Below are positions 23,801-62,725 of a stretch of 64,000 nucleotides of DNA, in pieces (the stretch's first letter is position 1; every line of letters starts with the position of its first letter). Source of the DNA: Leucoraja erinacea (lineage: Eukaryota); the NCBI RefSeq assembly GCF_028641065.1, contig NC_073400.1, positions 29,760,001 through 29,824,000 of the forward strand, in the 5' to 3' direction. The notes below the pieces were generated by a model. It did no database searches, was not told the origin of the DNA, and saw only the letters and a program-made list of their open reading frames with translations. The translations under genes were made by a program, and so were the position numbers.

Positions 23801-25249
23801 ATCAGCCATGATCATATTGAATGGCGGTGCAGGCTCGAAGGGCCGAATGGCCTACTCCTGCACCTATTTTCTATGTTTCTATGTTTCCTGTACTGTACAA
23901 TGTTTTCTGCTACTCGGGGAAATATGAGAACTATTATTCTTATTCTAATTTACCTGCTTTTTTGCAGATGGTTGCAAAAACTCAGAAACTCCCACCACAG
24001 CCAAGGTAAGAATGTAGAACTGTAGGAAACCATTCTGTATTATTTCTCTTTACAAATTCTGAACAGGATACATCTCTTCTTTACACGTGTTGAACTGTAG
24101 AGGCTGATTTACAGAACAAGATAGAGGCTGGAGTAGCTCAGCTGGTCGGGCAGCATTTCTGGAGAACATGGACAGGTGACGTTTCAGGTCGGGACCTGTG
24201 ACTCTGAAGCAGGGTCCTGACCGATTCACATTCTCCAGAGATGCTGCCCGACCCGCTGAGTTAATTAAGCACGTTGTGTCCTTTCCTTTAACAAATTACA
24301 ACGCAATACTGCCCTTTGATTCGGTTTCTCTCCCCACGTTTGCTGCCTGACCTGTTGAGCATTTCATAGAAACATAGAAAATAGGTGCAGGAGGAGGCCA
24401 TTCGGCCCTTCGAGCCAGCACCACCATTCATTGCGATCACGGCTGATCGTCCCCAATCAATAACCCGTGCCTGCCTTCTCCCCCATATCCCTTGACTCCA
24501 CTAGCCTCTAGAGCTCTATCTAACTCTCTCTTAAATGCATCCACTGACTTGGCCTCCACTGCCGTCTGTGGCAGGGAATTCCACAAATTCACAACTCGCT
24601 GGGTGAAAAAAAAAATTCTCACCTCAGTCTTAAACTGCCTCCCCTTTATTCTAAGACTGTGGCCCCTGGTTCTGGACTCGCCCAACATTGGGAACATTTC
24701 ATGCAGTTAGTTTATTTGTTTAGAGATACACCGCGGAAACAGGCCCTTCGGCCCACCGAGCCCGTGCCGACCAGCGATTCCCGCACATTAACACGGCCCT
24801 ACACACACCAGGGACAATTTTACATTTACACCAAACCAATTAACATACAAACCTGTACGTCTTTGGAGTGTGGGAGGAAACGGAAGTTCTCAGGGAAAAC
24901 CCGCGCGGCTCATCAGGAGAACGTACAAACTCTGTACAGAGGTCGGGATTGAACCCGGGTCTCTGGCGCTGTGAGGCAGCAACTCTACCGCTGCGCCACC
25001 CTTATTCTCAGATTTCCACAGTATTTTGCTTTTGTACTTAAACATCTAACTGACTTTTTTTCGTTTCAGTCTGAAGGAGAAACTGAAGATACGATTGCAT
25101 ATTCCACCGTGACCATTCAGTCGCCAGCTCAGACCGAAGCAAGCCCTGCAATTTATTCCAATCTTAAGGATCTAAAAGAGCAAAATGAAGACGTCAAGAT
25201 CCATTCGGCAGAATCGGTGGAATATTCTGCTCTGGTGTTCCGATCTTAA
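14746..25249 (+). CDS. Receptor 2: complete CD300/pIgR-like (MDIR-type) two-V-domain inhibitory receptor, 353 aa, gene span
   Basis: Seven GT-AG exons: 14746-14809, 16288-16596, 17965-18279, 18975-19014, 19768-19883, 23968-24005, 25070-25249. They sum to 1062 nt, with an open frame from ATG to TAA. Confidence 0.88.
16288..16596 (+). CDS. Receptor 2 Ig V domain 1 exon
   Basis: gacag| ... ACAG|gtaaga. Encodes GETVTIECP...SWCKVYSREVC...LQKNDTGTYWCG, with the CX7C second disulfide typical of CD300/TREM/pIgR domains. Confidence 0.9.
16910..17335 (-). mobile_element. CR1 LINE 3' fragment
   Basis: LGLYNLEFRRMRG...IETYKI...RVVSLWNSLP plus the CR1 3' UTR. Confidence 0.8.
17456..17593. mobile_element. 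Partial Harbinger-type palindromic MITE
   Basis: TAA followed by tgcccctgtcccacttaggaaacctgaacgg..., near-identical to the left arm of 20666-20886. Confidence 0.6.
17615..17885 (+). mobile_element. tRNA-derived V-SINE (HE1-like)
   Basis: Same consensus. Confidence 0.8.
17965..18279 (+). CDS. Receptor 2 Ig V domain 2 exon
   Basis: NAGNAG acceptor (cagcag, start 17965 or 17968), donor AAAG|gtataa. Encodes GNATTIHCRY...KFLCKVVSVNSC...DEGDVGEYWCG. Confidence 0.88.
18975..19014 (+). CDS. Receptor 2 short stalk exon
   Basis: ctcag| ... CAAG|gtaaga. Encodes GTITKPGAPSNKA; phase 1-2, as in the receptor 1 stalk exon. Confidence 0.75.
19768..19883 (+). CDS. Receptor 2 transmembrane exon
   Basis: ttaatag| ... 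GAAA|gtaagt. Encodes GTPQIWHIILPLVLGLLVVITIVLLVKKRKQSQTIPRE, with no charged residue in the hydrophobic core. Confidence 0.88.
20666..20886. mobile_element. Palindromic MITE with ~80-bp inverted arms, inserted in a SINE
   Basis: ccacttaggaaacctgaacggaaacctctggagactttgc... pairs with ...gcaaagtctccagaggtttccgttccggtttcctaagtgg. Confidence 0.75.
21085..21420 (+). mobile_element. Penelope-like element fragment (GIY-YIG endonuclease C-terminal half)
   Basis: IGETQRRLGDRFAEHLRSV, then after a frameshift LEEQRLVFRLGNLHPSGMNIDFSNFK*. Confidence 0.75.
21423..21890 (-). mobile_element. CR1 LINE 3' fragment
   Basis: FRTEMRKHFFTQRVVSLWNSLP plus the 3' UTR. Confidence 0.8.
23270..23887 (+). mobile_element. 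CR1 LINE 3' fragment
   Basis: LYRVLVRPQLDYCVQFWS...ERVQRRFTRLIPG and a (tttctatg)n tail. Confidence 0.85.
23968..24005 (+). CDS. Receptor 2 short cytoplasmic exon
   Basis: tttttgcag| ... AAG|gtaaga. Encodes NGCKNSETPTTAK; phase 1-0. Confidence 0.75.
24705..25000 (-). mobile_element. tRNA-derived V-SINE (HE1-like)
   Basis: Same consensus. Confidence 0.8.
25070..25249 (+). CDS. Receptor 2 terminal exon with ITIM motifs
   Basis: ttttcgtttcag|. Encodes SEGETEDTIAYSTVT...AIYSNLKDL...AESVEYSALVFRS*, containing IAYSTV and VEYSAL ITIMs plus YSNL. Confidence 0.88.
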   Translation, partial: SEGETEDTIAYSTVTIQSPAQTEASPAIYSNLKDLKEQNEDVKIHSAESVEYSALVFRS

Positions 25250-26559
25250 TGTCATTGCTCCATCTTCCATAAACATCCCAAGTTAACGCCATTCTCGTAA
25301 ACATTTACATTTGCAACATGGAAACAGGCCCTTTGGCCCATCGAGTCCACGTCAGCCACCGGTCACGTTTCAACATAGTTCTTAAGAAATTACTTACATG
25401 CAACAAGAAGCATGTCCAAGATCTAGCGATCACTGAAGTTTGCCTGAATTGGAATCTTTACTTGGCTTTCTAGTTTTAGATATAGTGTGGAAACAGGTCC
25501 TTCAGCCCAATAAATCCACACCGAGCATGGATCATCTTTGGACACTTGTTCTATGCTACACACTCGGGATAATTTTTACACAGAAGCCAAACCCGCACGT
25601 CTTTGGAGTGTGGGAGGAAACCCGAGCACCCGGAGAACAAACCCACATGAAAACAATTGCCTCATGGATAACTCACTTCCTGCTTGAAATCTCAGGCATA
25701 ACTTTGACAAACAAGAGGATTTACCCCAAAACAGAAAGTTTTTTTTAAAATATATATATATTACAGTAAACAGCGATATTACTCGTGGCTCTGAAATGCT
25801 GGAGAAAAGAAGATACAAATAAAATAATGGCGACTGTTGTGTGTGGCAATGGGGAGAACATGCAAACTCCGTTCAGACAGTACCCACAGTCAGAACCGAA
25901 CCCGGTTGATTGAATGGCAGAGTAGACTTGATGGGCCGAATGGTCTAATTCTGCTCCGAGATGTTATGAACGATTCTACTTGAGGGGAACATGGGGAAGG
26001 AAACAACGTTTGTTCCCCCCACTGTATCTCAGTACACGCGAGCATAAACCAAGACATCTACTCTACGCTTGACTCATACACGGTATTGCTGTACTCCTGG
26101 TCTACAGGAAAGGCTAAAGAAATAATCCTTCCTCATTTTTCACTCATGCAAGAATGGCAGCCAAACACACGCTTGGTCATCCCTATTTGTCACGTGGAAA
26201 CGTCAATCTGACACCATGAGATAATATCAGGAGCAGCAGGAAGAAATCAAAGTTCAATCACATGACTAAACAAGACAGATGTCCACAAGGATCAAAGCGA
26301 TCTCTGCAAGAACAGGTTGTAATTAAGAGATATAGAGCGGCTACAAAAGTTGTCTATATCCAGCCTGATGGTAAATCTAGGTTTTGAGCAGACAAAACAG
26401 AGTGCTCACGACTCCTAGAGAACAGAAACAGGCCATTCAACCCTACTTGCCCATGATGCCCCATCGACGTTAGTCCAATTTGTTTGTGTTTGATCCATTC
26501 CCCGCTAAACCCGTCCTGTCCATGTACCTGTCCAAGTGTCTTTTAAATGTTGTTTTAGT

Positions 26560-26864
26560 GGGTACTTTTCGGCGCCGCTGTGTCGGTGCCTCCGTTTATA
26601 ATATCTGTACTCATCAGAACCCTAACCCTAACCTCTGTAAATACCTCCAGATAAATAAAAGTGTTCCATACGTCACTATACTCCGGGATAGTGAATTCCA
26701 GAGATTCATCGCCCTCTGCAATAAGTTCCTATGCCAAGGATATTGCAAGTGAGATCAGCTTTATGTTAACAGGTTTGGAAATTGGTTTCCACTGGCCCAC
26801 CGCTGAGGCACCCTAACCCTAACTCTAACACCCCGAAACGGAGGCGCCGAATGGTACCATTCCG
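26560..26864. mobile_element. Unclassified 305-bp DNA-transposon-like insertion with 8-bp TSD and internal (CCCTAA) repeats
   Basis: TSD GTTTTAGT at 26552-26559 and 26865-26872, splitting a CR1 fragment. Imperfect inverted repeats ggtacttttcggcgcc / ggcgccgaatggtacc. Confidence 0.7.
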
Positions 26865-26981
26865 GTTTTAGTACCCGCTTCAACTATCTCCTCTGGCAGC
26901 TCGTTCGATGTAACCCACCACCCTTGAGTGAAAACGTTGCCACTCGGGTACCTTTTAAACCTTTCCCCTCTCACCTTAAAC

Positions 26982-27341
26982 CAGGGGTTCCCAACCTTTT
27001 TCGTCCCGTTTACCCCTGACAACTTTCTTCTTCTTGCGTGTGGCGTGCACAGTCTAAAGTTGTAGGACAACTTGTCCTATTTGATTGTGTACGCCAGGTT
27101 GATTGCATTGGTCGAAGCAGGGCGGACCACGTGAAGGTTGCAATCTTCCCACCCCGCTGGCAACTTTAATAGCACATAACAATGTTACTTCACTTATTTA
27201 TGAGCAACTAATGATGAACAGATACCGGTATACCAGAACCAAACACAGTCAGTCAATGAGAACAAATATGTACAAATAAATTCAGAATCAACAAATTTAC
27301 CCCCTGGGTAGGCGAAATTGACCCCAGGTTGGGAACCCTTG
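26982..27341. mobile_element. hAT-type MITE (16-bp TIR, 8-bp TSD)
   Basis: TIR caggggttcccaacct / aggttgggaacccttg; TSD ccttaaac / ccttgaac. Confidence 0.8.
27026..27155 (-). mobile_element. ~135-bp short retroposon with (AAG)n tail, nested in the hAT MITE
   Basis: Flanked by ctgacaacttt / ctggcaacttt. Homologous copies at 40222-40333, 45665-46210 and 52555-52691. Confidence 0.65.
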
Positions 27342-28656
27342 CCTTGAACCCATGCCCGCTGGTTCTTGATTCCTCTACTCTGAGCTAAAGACTCGGGGTA
27401 TTCATTCCATCAATTCCCCTCATGGTTTTAAACACCTCTGTAAAATCACCCCTTATCCTCCTGTGTGTTTAATTGTCATATGTACCAGCAACGCAACAAA
27501 TAAATTGTTCGAGAACTCTTAGAAGAAAATACCATTGTGGTTAATGTGTTCATTTATTTTCCAACTTACCCGTTTCCCAGACCTTAATCGAAAGTTACCC
27601 AACCTCCTTTCATCCATCATTTCCAATTAACCATCTGAGTTGTCTGCTCTTCTGCTGTTAATGTTCACTCTGATTTTGCAGAATAGGTGCAGGTGTCAGA
27701 GATTATTGGAGAGAAGGCAGGAGAATGGTGTTAGGAAGCAGAGATAGATCAGCTATGATTGAATGGCGGAGTAGACTTGATGGGCCGAACGGCCTAATTC
27801 TACTCCTTGCACTTATGACCTTATGAATATATTTTTTAAAAGACTTGTCATTTAGTTTTGAATTTGGGGAACTTATGAAGTTCCTGAAAAATGTTCTTTA
27901 ATTAGATTTGAAGAAAGTGGTTGATGGACCACAGGGTCACCGAGTTCCCCATCGTCACACACATCCTGACTTGAATGAGAAATGAGTGGCGGAGTCTGAT
28001 ACAATTACAGGAAACACCTCGTTTTTACAGACCTCTTTATAGAACCATTGAAAATAGGTGGAGTAGGCCATTCAGCCCTTCGAGCCAGCACTACCATTCA
28101 ATATGATCATGGCTGATCATCCAGAATCACTTCCCGTTCCTGCTTTCACCCCATATCCCTCGATTCCGTTAGCCCTAAGAGCTATATCTAACTCTCTCTT
28201 GAATACATCTAGTGAATACATCCACCTCTAGTTTAAATTCCATTTGGAATATTTTGGAGGACCAAGAAACCAAGAACCAAGAACAGTGAATTGGCCTCCA
28301 AGCCTTCTGTGGCAGAGAATTCCAGAGATTCACAACTCTCTGGGTGAGAAAGATTTTCCTCATCTCAGTCCTAAATGGCCTACCTCTTATTCTTAAAATA
28401 TGACCCCTGTTTCTGGACTCCCCCGACACGGGGAAACATTGTTCCTGCATCTAGCCTGTCCAATCCCTTAGGAATTTTATATGTTTCTATGAGATCCCCT
28501 TCTCTTTATACCGCACCGATTATAGCTGCCGACGCCACCCCATGCCACTTCCTCGGCCTTGAAGCTTTGCTTAGTTTAGGTTAGTTTAGAGATGCAGCAC
28601 GGAAACAGGCCCTTCGGCCCACCGAGTCCGCATCGACCAGCGATCCCCGCACACTA

Positions 28657-28668
28657 ACACACACACAA

Positions 28669-28699
<31 letters not shown>

Positions 28700-28717
28700 C
28701 ACACGACACGACACACA
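28657..28717. repeat. Imperfect (CA)n microsatellite within a SINE
   Basis: Directly visible. Confidence 0.85.
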
Positions 28718-31700
28718 TTTATACCAAGCCAATTAGCCTACAAACTTGTACGTCTTTGGAATGTGGGAGGAAACCGAAGCGGGTCACGGGGAGAAGTTGT
28801 AAACTCCGTACAGACAGCACCCCGTAGTCAGGATCGAACCCGGGTCTCTGGCGCTGTAGTTGTAAGACAGCGACTCTACCGCTGTGCCATCGTGCTTTAA
28901 TGTTGCCGCTGAAGAACAGGCACCTCTGTCAGTGCATTCCTTGCTCAGCCTTAATGTTATTATTGGGTCTCTACACATGAAACGCCACATATTACACTCT
29001 GTTGTAGCAGACAATCAGCTATACCGGACACCATTCTCCCCGTTACAACAAAGGTTTACTGTATTATATTTAGACCGTGAAATGGACCGACTGCAGGCAA
29101 ACTAGATCAGAGTACAAGGTTTAGCTTGGAGGCGACAGATCGAAGGGCCCCATTTCACAGTTGTGCAAGTTGTTTCATGTGTAACGTCTAGCAGAGATGG
29201 GGAAACATTATCCATGCAGTTGGCACTTGACTGTTCACCCCGACCGTCAATCAATCACCCGTTAACACTAGTTCTGTTACAGTCTGAAGAAGGGGCTCGA
29301 CCCGAAACGTTGCCTATTTCCTTCGCTCCATAGATGCTGCCTCACCCGCTGAGTTCCTCCAGCATTTTTGTCAACCTTTGATTTTTACAGCATCTGCAGT
29401 TCTTTCTTGAACAAAACGGAACCACTTTCTCATCCACTCCCTATACACCAGGTGCAATTTACAGAGGCCAATTTCCCCACAAACCCGCACGTCTTTGGGA
29501 TATGGGAGGAGATCAGAGCACTCAGAAAAAAAAAACTCGCACTGACCCAGAGAGAACGTGCAAACTCCACACTGACAGCAGCGGAGATCAGGATCACACC
29601 TGGGTCTCTGAGCGCTGTGAGAGACAGCATCTAAATCTATTTGAGATTAATTTCATTATTAACTTCAGCATTCCATTTAAAGAAAAGGCAAAAAAAACGT
29701 TTTTTAAATAATCAAATATGCATAACATTAGTGTCGAAGTCTGAAGAAATAAATGAGCTAATTTACAAATTAGATGAAGTTAATGAGTGTAAATAAATAA
29801 TTCATCCATTGGCCACTTTGCTAAACAGCTTTGATCAATCATTCTCACCGTCAGAACAAATCAACCTTCTATAACTGCGGTTGTGGTTAAGAAACATTAA
29901 ATTCTCGTTAAAACCAAAGATCTTTGGTTAAAACTAGTGCTCAGCTCAGTTATATTGATGCTGGTTTTGCATGTGGGCAGATCTACAGCACACAGGAAGT
30001 TATGATTCAAGGACTGTGGCTGCAGCAAACCACACGATATACAACGACACACTATGTCACTGCCCTTCCCATTGTGACCTGGGCCTCCTCCACCAAGGAT
30101 CCTATAGCAAAAGATATGCTATAGGATCTTTGTCCTCCACTGTCAAAGTGAGGCCACACACAAGTTAGAGGGACATCTATCACTTGGGCAGCTTACAACC
30201 CAGCGGTATGAATATTGATTTCTCTAACTTCAATTAACCCTTGCATCCCCTCTCCGCCCACCCTAGTCGCCATATTGGTTAATGTCGTCCTGCAGTTTCA
30301 CTGTCCCACTCCTTATCACCTTCTCCACAGCCAACAATGGATCATTGTGGGCTCCACGTTTCCTTGATCATCAATGCTGGTTTTGATATTTCTATTCATT
30401 TCGTACATTTCATTGATTTGTTCTATGTATCTTTTCATATCGCTCATTTTTCCCTCCCTGACTCAAGATTCAAGATTCAATTTAATTGTCATTTGGACCC
30501 CTTGAGGTCCAAACGAAATGGCCCAAAACGTCACCTATTCCTTTTCTCCAGAGATGTCGCCTAACCCGCTGAGTTACTTTGGCTTTTTGCGCCTACCTTC
30601 ACTCCCACACAACATTTGTTTCCAACACTTGTAGGAATCAGTTTTTATGCAGCAGTGATTTTAAACATTTTATAGACAATAGGTGCAGGAGGCCATTCGG
30701 CCCTTCGAGCCACCATTGCCATTTAATGTGATCATGGCTGATCATCCCCAATTAGTACTCCGTTCCTGCCTTCTCCCCATATCCTCTGACTCCGCTATTT
30801 TTAAGAGCCCTATCTAGCTCTCTCTTGAAAGCTCTAGAAATAATCAAAACAACAGGTAAGTTTAATCACCGAGCTTCTTGATGGTCCCCCAATACTGTAA
30901 CTAGGAAGCAGGGATCAATAGTCTAAAGTTATACAAAGAGCGTGCATGATAAAGGGATGGGATTCAGGAAGAGTGCAGGAAAGAACTGAAGATACTGGTT
31001 GAAATAAAAGTAGACACAAGATGCTGAAGTAATTCAGCGAGACAGGCAGCACCTCGGGAGAGAAGGAATGGGTGACATATTGAGGAAAAATGGTTATGTA
31101 TAATTGTGAATTATTAAATGGAGGAAACATTTAAAGCACTAACAATTAAAATAATGCACTCTTGAAAGTTATTTCCAGCAGCAATGCTGCTCATATTCTG
31201 AATGGATAGCTTCCAACCCAATAGTATGAACATCGAATTTTCCAATTTTACGTAACCTCTAACACTTCCCCCTCCCCTGTTCCTCAGCTGGACTCGCACC
31301 GATTTCTCCCCTCAGTCCTCAGCAGAGGCCTTACCTTTGTACCCGTGCCCACACCACGATGTTCCAAGTCCCCAGAAGGGTCCCGACCCAAATCGTCGCC
31401 TATCCACGTTCCGCAGAGATGCTGCTGACCCACTCCAGCACTTTTCTTCCTTACCAAGGTCAAGTGATTCACTGATCAAAGAAAACGACACACAAGGAAC
31501 TGCAATGCTGGAATTTTGAGTAAAACCACAAATGCTGGAGGAATTCAGCGGTCCAGGCAGCATCTGTGGAGGGTGTGGACAGGCACCGTTCTGGACCCTT
31601 CTTCAGATGGAAGCAAGCCTGGGCTTTCAGAACATCTCCATTCAGTGTTCCCCAACTTCCAGACACCATCACTTTATATTTTGTTCCAGTCTTTGCTACA

Positions 31701-32799
31701 GTTGTACAATACATTGGCGAGGCCCCATTTGGAATAGTGTCTTCAGCTTTGGTCAACCTTGCTACAGGATGTCACTTAGCTGGAAGGAGCGTAGAGAAGA
31801 TTTACGAGAATGTTGCCAGGACTTGAGGGCCTGGTTTGTAGGGAGAGGTTCCTTTGACTGCAGGAGGCTGAGGGGTGAGATATCATGAAGGGAATAGATA
31901 GGGTGAATGTACAGAGTCGTTCACCCAGAGGAGGGGAAATCAAGAGCCAAAGGAAACAAGTTGAAAAAGGTTTAAAAAGTTAGGAATGGATGACTTGGGC
32001 CGAAAGGCCTTTATCTGTACTATAGGACTCTCTCTCTCCATTGCCTCCTGCGCTGTTCTGCGTAGCTAACTCGCCCTGCACCAAGGCACACTGTGATTAA
32101 CACTGGATTCAACAATTTCATTTAATCAATTCTGCTGATTTCACATCTCATTTGCAACAGATTTTTTTTTGAATCTGTCAATCCTACTTATAATTCCTAA
32201 CCACCTTTCCCTAACAAGGTTTAGAGGGATATGCGTCAAATGCAGGCAGGTGGGACTAGTAAATATACAGCACCTGAACAGAAAGTGACAGAAATGAAGG
32301 TTTCTTGCTTATGTAGCCATATGTTGATAGTTCATTTCAAGACACAGAGTGCTGAAGTTACTCAGCGGGTCAGGCAGCATCTCTGGAGAACTTGGATCGG
32401 TGACGTTTTGGGTCAGGGACACTTCTTCAGACTGATTGCAGGAAGGGCAAGAAAGAAAGCTGGGAAAGAGGGGTAGGACAGAGCAGGGCCAGTAACAGGT
32501 GATCACGGGTGAGGGGGTTATTTAATAGATTGTTGGAAAAAGGCCAATTGGGTTGGTTACTAAATCCTTAATAACCAACCCAATAATTTAACCAATGTAG
32601 TCTGAAGACGAGTCCTGACCCAAAACGTCACCTGTCCATGTTATCCACAGACCTTGCATGAACCCGCTGAGTTACTCCAGCACTCTGCATCTTTTTTGGT
32701 AAACCAGTACCTGCAGTTCCTGTTCCTACATAGTTCGTCTCATCTCAGTCACGTCACATAAAACAGAAGAGGCATTTTTGAGTAAAAACAATTTGTGTT

Positions 32800-33991
32800 T
32801 ATATAATGATTTTAAAATTCTTTATTATTTTTTTTAAAATATATATTTTCATGTAACTGGAGTGAAAGTACTTTCTGGTCCCACGATTGGGTATCCAACC
32901 TCAAAGACATAAAACGCACAGCATTGAGAGGTCACCATCTAGTGCTCGTATAAGGTTCTGAAAATGCTCTGAAGATTTTGCTGGTGGTTTTTTGTTAACA
33001 AAAAGCTCCATCACAAACGGTACATAATCTCGGAAATGTTTTGTGTGCGTGTTGTATGCAACAAGTGTCTGTGGAATAAGAAGCCAAGAGGATTCAGAGA
33101 CCACGGACTCCATATGGCACGAACTTGTCCCAGTTTGATTTTGTTAAAATATAAATGACCAGAATTTGAAGACTGACCTGTCGAACTTATTTTTCCCCAC
33201 TGAATTAACAGATGCAAGCTTTTGTTTTCTTTGCCTGATTGATAACGATTCACGATCGAAACGTAGTATTTTATGGTGCCGATATATTAAGGCGTACAAG
33301 GGTAGCACTGGAGGGAGAGGGAAACGCAAAACTGAAATTCTCAAACAAAACCATTTCACATCTTGTTTTTGGTAACACAGTGATATTTACAGCTGCTTCT
33401 GTACTGACTGGTTAGTTTAAATCTTGATACTCGTCATTAAATACGGTCAGCGCTGATTCAGGGAAAGACAGAAGTATCAGACGACAAAAGTGGCAACTGC
33501 CAAATAGGATCCAATGACCACCAGGTAGGTACAGGTTCTTTTTGGGGGGTTTAAAAAAAAAAAAAATCATGGTTAAAATCAAGAGCGTCTTTTGGAACCG
33601 AGGCCAAACTGAGCTTTAAGCTCAGGCTGTGGACTAAAACTAACAGGGAAAAAAAACAAAGCAAACAAAGATAATTATTTTAAATTACAGAACAATCATA
33701 TCATACAGGTTCAAGTGATTTCACTAAGACAGCACTGTCACAATGCAGTGAGACAGTTATATCTCTCGGCAGTAAATTATAAATCAAAACACTCATTTGT
33801 AATTAGAATAGAAAAGAAAATACAAGCAAAAGACAGGCTGTTAAAGAAATAAGGTGCCTAGCTGCGCAGAAATGCTCTTCAATTACATTTAGCGAGCATT
33901 TAAACAGCTAGGCTTGCTCCTACTATACATTCTTCTATTGAGGCTTTGGACAACTTGGTCCTGGTTTTCAACCATTTGGATTCTGGTCCCG
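32800..33991 (-). other. AHCYL1: AHCYL1 3' UTR (about 1.2 kb, repeat-free, A/T-rich)
   Basis: Follows the stop codon; no SINE/LINE fragments, unlike its flanks; ends near an AATAAA. Confidence 0.6.
32821..32826 (-). terminator. Putative polyadenylation signal AATAAA of AHCYL1
   Basis: tttatt on the + strand at the distal end of the repeat-free UTR. Confidence 0.5.

Positions 33992-62725
<28,734 letters not shown>

Noticed and set aside
330-25249. Calling either receptor a true PIGR ortholog or a rearranging antigen-receptor V segment
   Set aside because: ITIM tails and exon plan fit inhibitory CD300/MDIR-like receptors. The V exons include the G strand and end in splice donors, with no RSS heptamer/nonamer seen.
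29960-30003. Peptide ACGQIYSTQEV resembling [16 protein letters not shown]
   Set aside because: Short, needs two gaps, lies on the opposite strand, and has no flanking similarity or splice sites; probably chance.
30840-30856. Possible micro-exon ctctag|aaataatcaaaacaacag|gtaagt
   Set aside because: The acceptor derives from a CR1 fragment and no partner exons are found nearby.
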